Source: Geosiphon pyriformis uo1 | Taxonomy: Eukaryota > Fungi > Glomeromycota | NCBI GenBank assembly: GCA_016748015.1 | Contig: JAAOMT010000515.1 | Location: forward strand, 293,249 to 357,248 | Direction of reading: 5' to 3' | Length of the DNA: 64,000 nucleotides | Shown here: positions 26,798 to 39,619 of the stretch, piece after piece | Position numbering within the stretch: position 1 is the first letter of the stretch | Layout of the letters: every line of letters begins with the position of its first letter | The notes under the pieces: model-generated | What the model was told of the DNA's origin: nothing | What the model saw: the letters and a program-made list of their open reading frames with translations, nothing else | The model's database searches: none | Translations under genes and position numbers: made by a program

Positions 26798-29700
26798 TTA
26801 ATTTGTATTTTCTTGCCCGGATCCGTCTATTGAACTCTCTCCATCAGCAGCAAGATCCAGTTCGTCGGTCCGATCACTGCCACTTTTTCTTCGACTCGTT
26901 TGTAATCTTTCACCAATGGATCCCACAGACATATTTCCTCGAGAATTAGAAACCCGACTACTTGTACTACCACCACTTTCCAATGTTCTCAATGAATTTT
27001 CTCGTTCCCTCTTTCTTCTTTCAGCCGATATCGGTTCAGCATCAAAATATTGTGAGTTCTGTGATTCTCTATTTCTTCCGACAGAAGTAGGATCTTCGGT
27101 TTCATTGTCATCTTCATCTTCATCATCATCCGGATCAAAATCGTCATCGTCACTATAAATGGCGAGACCAGTGACAATCTGTTCACGACGGGGCTCAAAG
27201 TCTCTAGATGTGGGTGAGGCGTGATCCCTTCGATGAGGAAGCAATGTTCGGACAATATTCATTGCGCGTGATCCTTGCTGTTCAATTGGACTCGACTTAT
27301 TTCGTTTTATTACCCCAATTGTTTCTTCGCTATTGCCGGATGAAATTAGCGTTGTCGAATCTCGACTTGTATTAGTGACGACAATGGTGTCAAGTTCATC
27401 ATTATTACCTGCATCATCAAGGGAAAATGGAAGAGGCACTTCTTTGATAGCTCGGAATTGGCCGCAATTACTGATGTGCTGTAAAAAGTTTATGATCAAT
27501 GAATAAAAGCCATTAAATGAGGAAGATACAAATCCATCTTCGTCCCACTTACTTCGTTCTCAACGCGAAAAAAATTCCATTGCCAACGTCTGATAAAGCA
27601 TATAAAAATGAATCTTTGTTAAATAAATTATTCATCAAATAAAAATTACATGTTATGTGATAGCCGATTACTGACCGCAACATTTCCCCAAATGCAATCA
27701 TAAAAGCTAAAAGTGAGCTCGATATTGAGAGCTTCATAAGCTGGGTCGTCCAGCTAAATCTCAGAATAATGTTTGTAAACATCGCGAAATAATACACCCA
27801 TTTATTTTTAAAACCCAACTCGTCCCGAAGAAAAAGGTTATCACTATCAGATTGAAAGAGTGACCAATCCATGAGCAGGTCCCATAAAATTGTATAAACT
27901 GAATTAAAGGATTGAATGAATATCCACACACCAAGCCAATTATTATTGGTGCCGGAGATCGATTCTATTTGAAAAGAAAAGTAATTAGATTTGCTACAAT
28001 CAATTTGAAATGGCTGGGAAAACTCACTTGCTATTCGGTATCTTGATGCAAAAATTATAGCCAAAATAGAGGAAGAATATTTTCCTGCATTCAATAGGTG
28101 GGGATACGATTGGCCTGTATCTTTATAACGTCTTAAACATTGCAAGAATCGCCACCATGGGGGTAATGAAGCAATGATGGGCGTCCACCACCATAAACCT
28201 GAATTGCAAAAAGCTGTATTCAAGGCATAAAAATTAAAATGAGGTATAACGTTGAGAAAAAAATCCAATTTCAAGACTAACCTAATTCATTTTCATCCCA
28301 TTCACAATTATAAACACAACTGAATATTCCTATCGAGACAACAGAGTATGATAGGCTATTTAAAATATCAGCGACAAAAAAATCACGGAATTCCACGCGG
28401 AAAAAGAAGCTGAGAAATATTCGGAACTTTTCAATTTTTAAGATCAGGGAAAAGTAAGCATGAAAAACAATATTTTTAAAAACATATTTTGCTTTTCCTC
28501 ACTCAATTTACCAAAGCAACAATCAGCCAACGCCTCGCATCGTAATAGAATATCGGGAAAGGACAAAAAAACACCGCGAAGAAAATAATCACAAATAATG
28601 CAGGAAACCAAGTCGGTGGTAGAATAGCGGTTAAACGATCGCTAAAAGGCAAATATAAAGTGAAATTCAAGAGAAGAAATGCGATAGCTGGGAGCTTTAA
28701 AAGAAAGGTAAAAGGAAAAATAAGCTAAAATATTCATTCAAATATGCGAAAAATCGATAGGATCAAATACCTCAAAATATTGACGATAATCCAGATTTTC
28801 TCTCGGATCGAATTCAAAGATGAACTTATAATTAATTCTTGCTTTAGTCCAGGCAAGCATATTTAACCCGAATAGCAAGGAGAAAACAATCGGTAGAAGG
28901 AAACCACCATTTATTTCTAAAATGAAATGAGACACTGATTCCTTCAGCATGGACGGTTCCCCTGACGATAAAACTAGTAGGAGAATTTTCCAAGTGGAAT
29001 TGTGAATAATCAAAATGATTCAAGAAAATTTGAGGAAGGATAACTTAATGCAAACCATATTCGGCAACACGCGCCATTAAACTAAAGGATACCCCCAAGT
29101 ATAAACCAACCCGCCATACCGCGAAATGATAAGTCTGAAAATAAAAGAGATAATAGAATTTTACATTATGAAGAAATGTGCATTTTGGATAAAAATGTCA
29201 TCACAAAACTTGCCTGATTTTCATTACGAGGAACTCGGAGCTTATTCATAGCTTGTCTTCTCATTCCCCCTTCAAATTTGTCCACATAAAAATTCTGAAT
29301 ATAAAAATCAGCTGAATTAAATGTTGAATGGTTATCTCGTAAAAAATGGATGAGATATCTATGCAAATACCTCAGTCTCTTTAGTGATTTGATCAAGAAT
29401 TTTAGATGTTACAAAATTGCTAGCATCGATTTTCTGCATATAAATGTAGCCACCTTTCCAACCTGCAAGCTGATTTAAAATTCAAAATGTGAAAATATGA
29501 ACATTTTGAAATCTAAATTGGTGTAAAAAATTGCATACCTTATCAAATTTCTTGAGAATTTTCACAAAACCAAGCCGATTTAGAACCTATACAAAATTAT
29601 AGGAAAATTTAGTTGAAGTTGATTTTTGCAGACCGATTACTGAAATTTTGTTTTACCTTGTAATTTTTTAACAATTCAGCACCGCGATAGAATTCAAATA

Positions 29701-30835
29701 CTGCTTTTTTTATTTTTTTCCTAGCATCTTTATAATCCACGTCAATAGTTGGAGGTCCAGGAATAGAATTGGGACGTTCGACCGGCGAACTTAACCTTGG
29801 AGTAGATCTCGAATTAGTGAGGTTATTGAGATTAGGCGCGGTAAAATAGTCGAGGCTTTGTTTAACTATAGATATGGGAGTTGTCCATGGATCAGATCTA
29901 TCCGGTTTCTGGAAATCAATTGGGAAAATTCAAAAAAAATGCAAAATGTAAAAAACTTTAGGATAATGAAATGATAATTCACCCGTTCTCGTCTTCTGTT
30001 CCGTCTTAATTCTCGCATTTCTTTATATTGGAGTTTTAGCATTTTTAGATTATTTATAGCTTCTCTTTCTTTCACTAGATGAAATATATGATCAAGCCGA
30101 ATTGAGATTTTTCCTAAAATAACATAAAGGCAAAGTAAAATGTCGCCAAAAGAAATACTTTATACATTCGTAAAACTCTGAGATTTCTTCAAGTTCCTCA
30201 TCCAATTTCAAAAAAAACATTCTCTCATCGTCATTCAGATGATCCAATAGAGTGTCGAGTGTCACATTTTTATGAATTTCGTTACGATCTAGTAGCCAAA
30301 AAAAGTCATAAACAAGCGTCAGATCTATGAAAAAGAGCTGTAAAAAGAAGATTTCAAAGTCATATTTATTTCACTAACAATGTACTGGCGCCAAAAGACT
30401 ACCCCGTTTACTCAATGCTATCAGTCTGGTCGACATTCTTTCGATTAAAGGCTTCATGATTGGAAGGCTCGACATACTCCATGTTTTTCCCTGAGCTTCA
30501 TCACCTGTGGAAGGTATGGGGACAGCTTCTACGAAAGAATCTGAACGAAGTGATTGAGAAAGCTGGTATCCAGTTATACTGTCACGACCGTGTTCATTAT
30601 TTCTACGACTATTGATTTGCTCTTGCTGTTGAAGCAGGTTTGCCTTTTCCACTTGTCTCAGCAATTTCTTTAAACCTTTATAATCGATATATCTATCAGA
30701 TTCAATTTTAATAACAAAATAATAAATCAACTGAATAAATTAAAATTCAAAAAACTATTTGCTTGATCAGAGAATTTAATACTTTTTCCTCCACTCAGGA
30801 ACCGATTCAGTCTGCAGGACTTTAGCGAATTTCAT
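26798..30835 (-). CDS. SYG1: SPX-EXS domain phosphate exporter (SYG1/XPR1/PHO1 family), multi-exon
   Basis: Starts MKFAKVLQTESVPEWRKK|YIDYKGLKKLL (SPX). Then EFYRGAELLKNYK|VLNRLGFVKILKKFDK, INYKFIFEFD, VEFRDFFVAD, LPPWWRFLQCLRRY..HLLNAGKY, WDLLMDWSL, ILRFSW, RWQWNFFRVENE|HISNCGQFRA..VPLP (EXS), and a long acidic tail. Confidence 0.95.
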
Positions 30836-30974
30836 TTTAACCCTGGTAAAGCCGCAACAGCGATTTTCGCCAAATACGGTGACTCAAGAATATTTTGATT
30901 TCAACAAAAGAAGGTAGGAGGTAGTCTAACTTGACACCCAAGTTCACTCTGTAGTCAGCTAAAAATGCGAAAAA

Positions 30975-31400
30975 AACGTGGCGAATGGATTGGCGAAAAT
31001 TTTTTGCAAATATTATCTTTCTTTGCTTTTTTAGGGAGAAGTTCAAAAACACAGACTGTCAATAAGTTGAGAAACAAAATCCGGGGAGTTCGAAGACGAT
31101 CTAACTGAATTAAGAAAATCTCATGTACATATTTGTTTTTTTTATCAGCATTTAAACGTCGATCAACAGGTAGTACTTGTGCCCAGATGTTCAAGAAATT
31201 GAAATCGAGAACAAGATTTGGTCCGGTTTTGCCCTTGAGTTACTCTTAATTTCTATTAAAAAAAGAGGTACAAATAATCGGAGGGTTAAACTGATAAACG
31301 TCATTGACCATCGTGTAAATAAAGCAAAACAATATTTATACAGCAATCGCTAGCACAATTTTGCCAATGTTACAACGGAACACCTTTGGCCCAACACGTT
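30975..31400. promoter_or_regulatory. Two CACGTT (Pho4-type E-box) sites upstream of SYG1
   Basis: AACGTG at 30975-30980 and CACGTT at 31395-31400. Yeast Pho4 binds CACGT(G/T). Six-mers can occur by chance. Confidence 0.3.
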
Positions 31401-32038
31401 TTCCAAGATAAATGTTCTTTCAAATTTTTTGATTGAAAGAAATATTTTATCTAAAATTTATTGAATAATGACGATTTGCAAAATTTCATGAGAGATATCA
31501 ATATTTTATGATGAGCTTTGATCATTGGGAAAAGATTCGTTGACAATTAAACACAAAACTAATTAATGATTAATTCGAAATTGATAGTGATCATATGTCG
31601 GGGCAGTCGGATTCGTCGATCTTAAAATTTGTCTTATTTTAAATTTATGTCAATTTCGTCTGGTTTGCATTCTTAAAATTATTTGTTCTCTGAGCTTTTA
31701 AAAATGAACATTAATTTTTAAAATCTGCACATAATAATAATAAATCTTTTAACAATAGTTTTTTAAAAAATATCTTAAAATTAATTTTTTTGATAAAAAA
31801 ATAATCACAACAAAAAAGCAACCATGTATTTTTATGAAACTTTGATGGGTTAACACAAAATAGGTGAATATAACATACTCAGATTCTAATATATAATATA
31901 TACTATACTATAATATAATATAATATAATACAAAAACTTATTATGAGAATTGTTCGCGAGATAGCCAAATTTGGTTAATTGTAAAGGAATGTTCTAGAGT
32001 TAATAATAATAGCACTTCGATATTCTTCGAAACTGTAT

Positions 32039-34166
32039 TCATTCAACAGTGTTTTCTTGGTTTTGGTTTCGACTAAGTAGAGCATATAGTTTTTGTCTTT
32101 CATAATAGGCTGACTGGTTTTGTGGATTCAATGTCAACACTTTATTCAGATCTTTAATTGCTTCATCGAATTTTCCTAGAGCGCTAAATAAGAAACCACG
32201 TTCAGCTAGCGCGAGTAAATTATCCTGCTCACAAGTTAAGGATGAATTAAAGTCGGCCAAAGCTTCATCAAACCGACCTAAATCTCGAAATATTATACCC
32301 CGTTGAGCGAATGCTTGAGCTTTATGTTGTTGGCCAAAACTGTCGTTTGGAGCTAGTCGCAAAGCAACATCCAAATCAGCTAAGGCTAGATTGTATTGTT
32401 TCATTACTCGATATACTTTGCCACGGATAGCATAAGGAAGCCATTGGTGCGGTGAGGTTTCTAAAGCAAAATTTAAATCCTTAATCGCTTCATCATACAT
32501 TTCAAGTTGATTGAAAGTTTCAGCGCGAAAAGCTAATGTCCATGAATCATTTGGTCCAATTTGAAGTGAACTTTGAAAATCATTCAAGGCATCCTGATAC
32601 CGACCCAAAGCCAAATTTGTGACACCTCTGGTTCGTAGCGTGTCATGATCACTTGGTGAAATCCTCAATGCCTCGTTAAGATCGTTTAAAGCTTGATTGT
32701 AACATTTCTTCCAATAATAAACATCACCTCGTATTGCAAGGGCATGAGCATCTTGAGGGGCCAACGCCAGAATCGCATTGAGATCATGTAATGCATCATC
32801 AAGGCGATTTAATTTACGGTAAACCATCGCACGGCTGATAAATACATCAATAGGATGGCGAGAATTAAGAGCTATAGCCTTGTTCAAATCGGGTAATGAG
32901 TCATTATAACGTCCCAATAATCGATATACGTCAGCACGGATAGTCAACGCAATGATGTCATTAGGGCAATTTACTAGAAATTTATCCAAATCAGACAGTG
33001 CTTTATCATATTGACGTAATTGGGTATATATAGCCCCACGGTTTTTGAGAGGATAAAGGTTTTTGGGGTCGATTTGTAAAGCTAGACTACAATCGTTTAT
33101 AGCTTCATTCAAATTTTTCATCAGCCGGTAAACATCTGCTCTTTTGTTAATTGCTTCAATATCGTTAGGGTTCATATCTAACGCTTTGTTCAAATCATGA
33201 ATTGATTCACTCAACCGGTTAAGCTGGATAAAAGCACTTGCTCGGGTTTTCAAGGCAGAAGCTTTTTGTTCTTCAAAACCATATAACAAAACTCTCGACA
33301 AATCAGGAACCGCCGCTTGATAATTTTTCGCCAGTAGATGAACCTCACCACGTTTTTGCAATGCTGAAACATTTTTCGGCTCTTTGAGAATTACTTTATC
33401 TAAGTCAGAGATAGCCATATCGTAACGTCCTGCACTCTTCAAAATCATCGCGCGTTTGATCAAAGCTTCAATATTTTCTGGTTCAAGATTCAATGCATTA
33501 TTATACTCAATCAAGGCCTCGTCATCTCGTCCTTCGCAATGATGCACTTCACCACGTAAAATCCAACAACGAGCCTTAGTTGGTTTTTGAACAAATGCAA
33601 CATCCAAATCTTCTATTGCTCTTTTATATTCGCCCAATTTGATGAGAGCCTGGGCACGATCACATAACGCACTAATACTATCTGGATATTGTTCTAAAAC
33701 TTTGGTAAAACATTCTACAGCTAGTAAATATTGTTTTTGTTTCATGGCTTGTTGCCCATTTTTTTGGTATTGATTCCATGCTTTAGGCCCTCGCAAAAGT
33801 TTCGGAACAGCTGCATTTTTTTCGCAACGCGGACTTGTCACGGAGCTCAAATTCAAATTATTTATTTCAACATTATTCAAAATTTCGTGATTACTATGTT
33901 GACTTTCATCAATCGGGTAGATAGGAAGAAATTTTTGTGAGGGTGGTATAGATACACTAAGTCTTGACGTCTTAAATTCTAAGGGATCGCTTGTTAAGGG
34001 TGCTGAAGAGAGTGGTGATGCCGCTACTTGTGTGCTTTCTCTTCGCTATTATTTCAAATAAAAATATTTAATGTCTAGGGAAACTACAAGTCTTTAACAT
34101 AAATTATTGGTATATATTTACCTCCCGTCTCTTATTATCCCTGGAAGAACGCTCTAACATCACCAT
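32039..34166 (-). CDS. TPR-repeat protein B, paralog of A, 2 exons (about 683 aa)
   Basis: The 613-aa ORF extends in frame to an acceptor at 34046. Exon 1 at 34166-34122 reads MVMLERSSRDNKRRE, with a 76-nt GT-AG intron at 34121-34046. Collinear with A (RGPKAWN, LEQYPDS, AVPDL..LLYG, HALAIRGD.YYWKK). Confidence 0.92.
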
Positions 34167-35030
34167 GGAAGCTCGATTTGTTTGTTTAGTGAGTTGCAGG
34201 TTGTCAATTTCGGAGCTGAGGGGTTCTTGGACAAACATCGCAGTTTCACAGCGAATGTATATCACCCAAGTATACGGAATATATGACATTGTAGTGATGA
34301 CGTAATCTGTCACCCCAATACACGTGAAAATTTCGTAATAGTTTGTTGATTTTAGTTAGTTCTGCCAGCCAAAGTACTACGTTTGGATAATATACACTAA
34401 GAGTTTTTCCCAGCGTGCTGTGCTCACAATTTCAAAGCAAAATGACCTAGAGCAATAGGATCTTTAAAAGGCTTCTTGAATTTTTCTAGGTTTTGTAGAG
34501 TTGAGAAGCTTCATTACCTTCTCTTTCTGGAAGTTTAATATTTCGCGCCTCCGAAGTAACCAATTATAACTAAAAAGTGATAGAATCTTGGTCATTTTGA
34601 AACTCTACAGAAAGATTCGAAATATAAAATTGGTTCAGGAATTTGGGTCAAAGTAAAGGCATATCTGAATAAACTTTTTGATTAAAAGATATAATTTTAA
34701 ATAGACTTGAGTTCGTAGGCAATTAAATTAATTTTTTTACTGCGTTTTTACCAAGAAATAAACTCTGAATAAAAGATTCTTAATCCATTTAGCATTCATA
34801 ACCTTCTAATGAACGTAATGAATGTGATTCGACTAAAGCTTCCCAACCGCTAATTACAAATTTGATGCACTTTTATTCTTGCAAACATGAATCAAAGTTT
34901 TGAGTTGTCTAATACCCAAGCCGTTGGAAAGTCTCCTCCTTTTCCAAAACACGCCATGGAAGCTGAAATTACAATGGCTTGATGTCTCAAATATTTTTAA
35001 TTGAACTCAAGTAGCCAATGTGACTCAAGA

Positions 35031-36641
35031 CTAACGAAAATCAAGACATATTCTAGCCACAATTTGGTTCAAATGTGCCCTTTCATTCGAATGCCTCATT
35101 TCCATCAGGTATCCTTTCCCTCCATTGGATAATTTCAATACGTCAAGAAGTAGTTTCCAATTTAAATTGCCCTCGCAATCAAATTCAAGTCTTTCCAAGG
35201 GAGCTGAACACTCGAGTAAAAACTTTCTTAGTGATTTATGGGTAAGCTGCCAAATTCCATAATTAAAATCAAGGCGTTTCAATGTTGAAGGAAGAAATTT
35301 TGCTATTTGATTTAGAATCTCACCAAGGTTGGTAGTGATAGAATTTGGCCGATTGATGACAAGTTCTTCAAGTTGAGAGAGTAAATGCAAAAATTTAACA
35401 CATATTAAAATTTCTTCTGTAGCGTGTATTGATATTGTGAATTTTCGGATAGTCTTACAGTGAACCAAAATATTTTCAAAAAAATCGGGATAACGAAGGC
35501 CACACCATCTATCTAAACCTAGCCCAAGGTTATTTAATGTTTGCTCGGCGTTTTTTAGAATGGATATAAAATTTGATACGGGAAGTTCTCGCCCATTAAA
35601 TGTCAAATCAATAAATTCCAATTGTTTTAGATGAGGGAATTGTACATGGGCTAAAGGTTTTAAATGATAACTCGTCAGATTTAAACAATTTTCAAAGCTA
35701 ATTGTTTCCAAATTTCGGCAAGCAGCTATACCAGTTAAGGGATCACAATTTCTGAGGTCACAATTCTTGATCTTCACATATGTCAGAGAAGAAGCTTGTG
35801 TTTTAAGCTCGGTAAGAACTGTACACGGATATGGATGGTCCAAAATGAATCGTTTCAGAGAGCTCTGAGCCCTAATTAAAGGTCCTAGATGGTCATTGTC
35901 ATGGGGATTATCACCTTCTGATTGAATAGTTTCCAAATTTGTACAAAATTTTAACATCCCATCGAGCAATTGACCTTGATATTTTGACGTACGGCATGAG
36001 AAACTTTTCAAGTTTTGCAAACTCTTGCTTGCCGCTCGCATCGAAGTAAAAAACTGTAACTCATGTCCCATGAAAATTTTCCTGACATCAAATTTAAAAA
36101 CCTCCAATCGAGTTGCACGAGAAATAAACAATCGAAATAAATGTTTTAGAACTCTGACATTTAGCATTCGTAGATATTGACTTTCATCAGAAGGTCGCCA
36201 AGCTTCAATTGCTTCGTTTAACTCGCTGATATCCAATTCTCGCATATATTTTGGGTAGTCGTATGCAGCTGGACTTTGCCAACTTTCTTTTGAATGCTTA
36301 CTATGTATATGATTGTTTATCTCTAAAAAAGCCTTCTGGGAATCGTCAAGAAATGTGAAACATACGATAATGAGTTTGGTTGATGGTTTTAGTGATAAAT
36401 GAAATGGCCTTTTCCATAGCGTTTCAACGGTGGTATTGCACCATATGCGATTCAATATTACGCAACTGTACAATGTTTGAACATCTCTCTCGTCTAGACA
36501 CCCGAGTATCTTTTGGATTATTTCCGGTGGTAAATGGACATTTTGTGAAGTTTTAGATATTTTAGGTACGACTTCAAGTGGACTATGATTCTGATAAATT
36601 CGCGATGGTTTTCTGACCTTTTGAAACATTTTCATTTTCAT
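35031..36641 (-). CDS. F-box domain / RNI-like LRR protein (536 aa, single exon)
   Basis: HLPPEIIQKILGCL..TLYSCVILNRIWCNTTVETLWKRPF F-box, YDYPKYMRELD, and LRRs such as CRNLETISFENC and LPSTLKRLDF. Confidence 0.9.
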   Translation of the reverse strand: MKMKMFQKVRKPSRIYQNHSPLEVVPKISKTSQNVHLPPEIIQKILGCLDERDVQTLYSCVILNRIWCNTTVETLWKRPFHLSLKPSTKLIIVCFTFLDDSQKAFLEINNHIHSKHSKESWQSPAAYDYPKYMRELDISELNEAIEAWRPSDESQYLRMLNVRVLKHLFRLFISRATRLEVFKFDVRKIFMGHELQFFTSMRAASKSLQNLKSFSCRTSKYQGQLLDGMLKFCTNLETIQSEGDNPHDNDHLGPLIRAQSSLKRFILDHPYPCTVLTELKTQASSLTYVKIKNCDLRNCDPLTGIAACRNLETISFENCLNLTSYHLKPLAHVQFPHLKQLEFIDLTFNGRELPVSNFISILKNAEQTLNNLGLGLDRWCGLRYPDFFENILVHCKTIRKFTISIHATEEILICVKFLHLLSQLEELVINRPNSITTNLGEILNQIAKFLPSTLKRLDFNYGIWQLTHKSLRKFLLECSAPLERLEFDCEGNLNWKLLLDVLKLSNGGKGYLMEMRHSNERAHLNQIVARICLDFR

Positions 36642-37868
36642 TTTGATTAATAAAAAACACTTCGCAATCCTAGCGGATTATATAATAAATCAATGGCGCA
36701 AAATCTAAAAAGGGTCAATTGGTCTATTGGGATGAATTACTCACCGGAGCCTCGAAATTATTAGAAATCAAGCTCTTGTTGATTAGTCGAATTGGAGATC
36801 AAGTTAAATCGGAATTTCATTGAGCCGATGGATAATTCGAAGCTAACGACATTTTATTTAAAATGTCTGATTTCCTAATATACCTACCAAAATCGATGGA
36901 TATCAAGCACTTTAGAAATTTTTGGCCATTCGTCAGAGTATACCATTTCGCCAAGAAATGAAATTCGCAGGGACCGTGAGTTGTAACTTTTATCAAACGG
37001 TCCAAACTTTGAAGCTATAGTCAATATTTCGACTAGTCTCGAAAAAATTCGGCCTGTAGTACAAAGAAATTGGACTACTCCAACCGAGGAATTGTTGTAC
37101 TTGTTGGTTCTGATCAAAAAACATATGAAAATCACCGTAAAATTTACGCCAGAAGCATTTCCCTAGAATAAAGGAAGTTTTTAGGAAGATGCTGCCCTGT
37201 TCACGCAACTAATGTTGCAAAAGTGCCTCAACCGAAAAGAGCGCCAAAAGGTTACTTGGACAGTCTATAGCCTTGATTACAGCCAGAATTTGATTCGAGG
37301 CTTAAAGGAAATTTAGAAGCGTAGACCAAATCCCAGTAATTTCATCCATCTTGAAGAATATATTCAATATTGCGCCGCGTTAGCCCCCACTTCATCGAAG
37401 TATGCCCCAGCTAATTGAGACAGTCATCGCAGCTCATGGAAAAGCGACAAGATATTAAATTAACTCTTGCGGTTCTACAAAAAATGATAAAATACGAATT
37501 AATAATAAAAGTTATCTGTACAAAGAAATCTCAAGTAGAAACCATATTTTAATTTATTTTAACTTATCTGGGCTTACTTCTTTCGCATAATTAAATTCAG
37601 GTATAACCAATCTCAGCTAGGTTATTTGACAATTGTCTCGGACACATTATTATTTATGGCTTTACTGCTCGTTCAATTTGTTTAATCCCTTAAAATGCTA
37701 ATAATGGTGATCGCGATAATCTAAATAAAAGAGTGGCTCCGAAACTTTTTTTTTCCTTATATTTTTAAAATTTTTGTTTCAAACATCACACCTTTTCTGG
37801 AATTGCACCTCGATCAAACAGGATATTTATGAGGATAAGCTTTTGCTTCTTCCTTTTCAATTGTTTCA

Positions 37869-38390
37869 ATGCTTCTCACTGCTGCTTAGGCTTCCTCTAC
37901 ACTTGGTGTTTCTGTGTGCACTCTTCATCACTGACACTGGAAAGACAAAATCGTAATATTTCATTCACGAAGCTTTATAATATTTCAAACATCCTGAACT
38001 CACCGTCTCCTTTTCCTCTTTCCCCTCTTCCCCCTCCCTCGCCTTAACATGAGCTTGTCTCAGATGTTGGGAATTAAATCAACTTCAAGTGGGCTGCGTT
38101 GCGCTCCTTACTGGAATGTTTGTGCTGTAAACTGATCAAAGAGACAACATTTTTTTTATGGATCATATAAAACACAATTTACTTTTCTAGGGAGATCATT
38201 TTTGCTATTTTGCATTCAATCTTCTCACCTATGTCTTTCACCTCGATGGGACAAAAGTCGTGGTTCTCTCAACGGATGATGCCGTTTCCAGATGAGCAGG
38301 AAAGTATTGGCAGCTCAGACGAAAACAGCAACAAGAAGCCCAAATACACGAAGTTGCATTGTTGCAAAAATGGCTAGTAACAGATATGGT
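37869..38390 (+). pseudogene. tnpA: IS607-family TnpA relic (MerR-like HTH + serine recombinase)
   Basis: MLLTAA*ASSTLGVSVCTLHH*HWKDKI../KLYNISNIL (HTH, typical pattern AA..LGVS..TLRRW...GKI). HELVSDVGN*INFKWAALRSLLECLCCKLIKE (typical DIGSGINFKR.GL..LL). DHFCYFAFNLLTYVFHLDGTKVVVLS (typical DRLCRFAFELL..LF...G..IVVL). The catalytic YARVS segment appears deleted near 38045. Confidence 0.85.
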
Positions 38391-38399
38391 GACACAGTT

Positions 38400-39619
38400 G
38401 ATGAAGATGAGGTATACCCGAATGCAATTGATGAGGCAATGAATGGGCTGTTTACTGATATGATTGTGATTTTTTTAAAAAGATATCTTTTTTTTGGAAA
38501 CCTATTACTGATATCTCATTTTTCAATAAGATTGTTGCCAATTATCGGCAAACGAGACATCATATACAGGAATACTTTTTCTACAACCTTTTCAAGCATG
38601 AAATCAGGACACCTGGCGCTAGCACTTTATCGAAATATTTCCTTGAGAGGTTCTGGATCTTGCAATCACTGTAGCAATCCAAGCACAGAACAAGGTTGAT
38701 TAGCGAAACAAAAGCTTAGGAAAATAAACTAGATACCATGCCATTGCAACTAAGAAAAATCCTGTCCAAATGATTACAATTTGTGCATAGTACTGTTGGG
38801 TACCTCTTGGATTCTATCTGCAAAAATATGCACAATAAGGAACTTATTATTGATCCTGATCATTCATATTACAAGACAAAACTACCAATTCATCATGAAC
38901 ATTGGTGGTGGAACCATCACTCGCCCAATGATAAGGTGTAGATCGAGATGGACTCGACTTTTATTTGGGTATATGACAATAAGGTGGTATCAACCCATGA
39001 AGTACAAGCGAAGGGCCATTAATATTGGTGTTAAGACTTTTTAACATTGAAGATTTTCTTTTATCCTTCAAATTTAAATAATCTTTCAATTTATTATTAG
39101 ATTACAATATATATTTATACAAGGATATGGCTGCTTTGGAGAGAATGATATCCAGCATCTAATTTAGCTTTTTCTTGCTCTTGATAGTCTCATTTCATGT
39201 ACTTATCAGGTACTAACACGACGATTAAGAACGTTTTACCATTTACAAACGCGTATGCCCCAACGAGTAAAGATCTTATCAATGAGTGTATAAAAAGGTG
39301 ACACTATGGCTGTTAACAACATTTAATGTGATTATTATCTCACGATTTAATTCACATACAATGACAAGAAAGACAAAAAGGAAGCTAAATTGGTGCACGA
39401 TATGAAAGATGTTGACATGGAGTCATGAACAAGTTGCTCAACAAGGCAGAGAAGTTAGGAAAAAAGATGGTTATTGTGTCTGAGGCACACATGTCAAAAA
39501 CATGCAGCGGGTGTGGGTGGAGCAATCAGTATTTGGGTGTTCAGAAGATTTTTCAGTGCTGGGATTGTAAATTGATAATAAATAGACATGCCAATAGTGC
39601 CTGAGGGATCTTTTTATAA
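38400..39619 (+). pseudogene. tnpB: Fanzor2/TnpB RNA-guided nuclease relic (RuvC + C4 zinc ribbon)
   Basis: VYPNA/LMRQ*MGC; P*EVLDLAITVAIQA; KKNPVQMITI; RuvC-I AINIGVKTF (for IDPGVRTF); GENDIQHLI*LFLALDSLIS; KDLINEC/KKVTLWLLTTFNVIIISRFNSHTM..RKLN..KMLTWSH; LLNKAEKLGKKMVIVSEAHMSKTCSGCG..LGVQKIFQCWDCKLIINRHANSA*GIFL*. Confidence 0.9.

Noticed and set aside
23681-33880. TPR genes as intronless bacterial transfers or O-GlcNAc transferase
   Set aside because: Both have a shared 5' intron, and neither has a glycosyltransferase domain.
38292-39044. ORF-track ORFs 38292-38699 and 38781-39044 as independent genes
   Set aside because: Mixed-frame fragments of the decayed TnpA/TnpB, partly reading through an intron-like insert.
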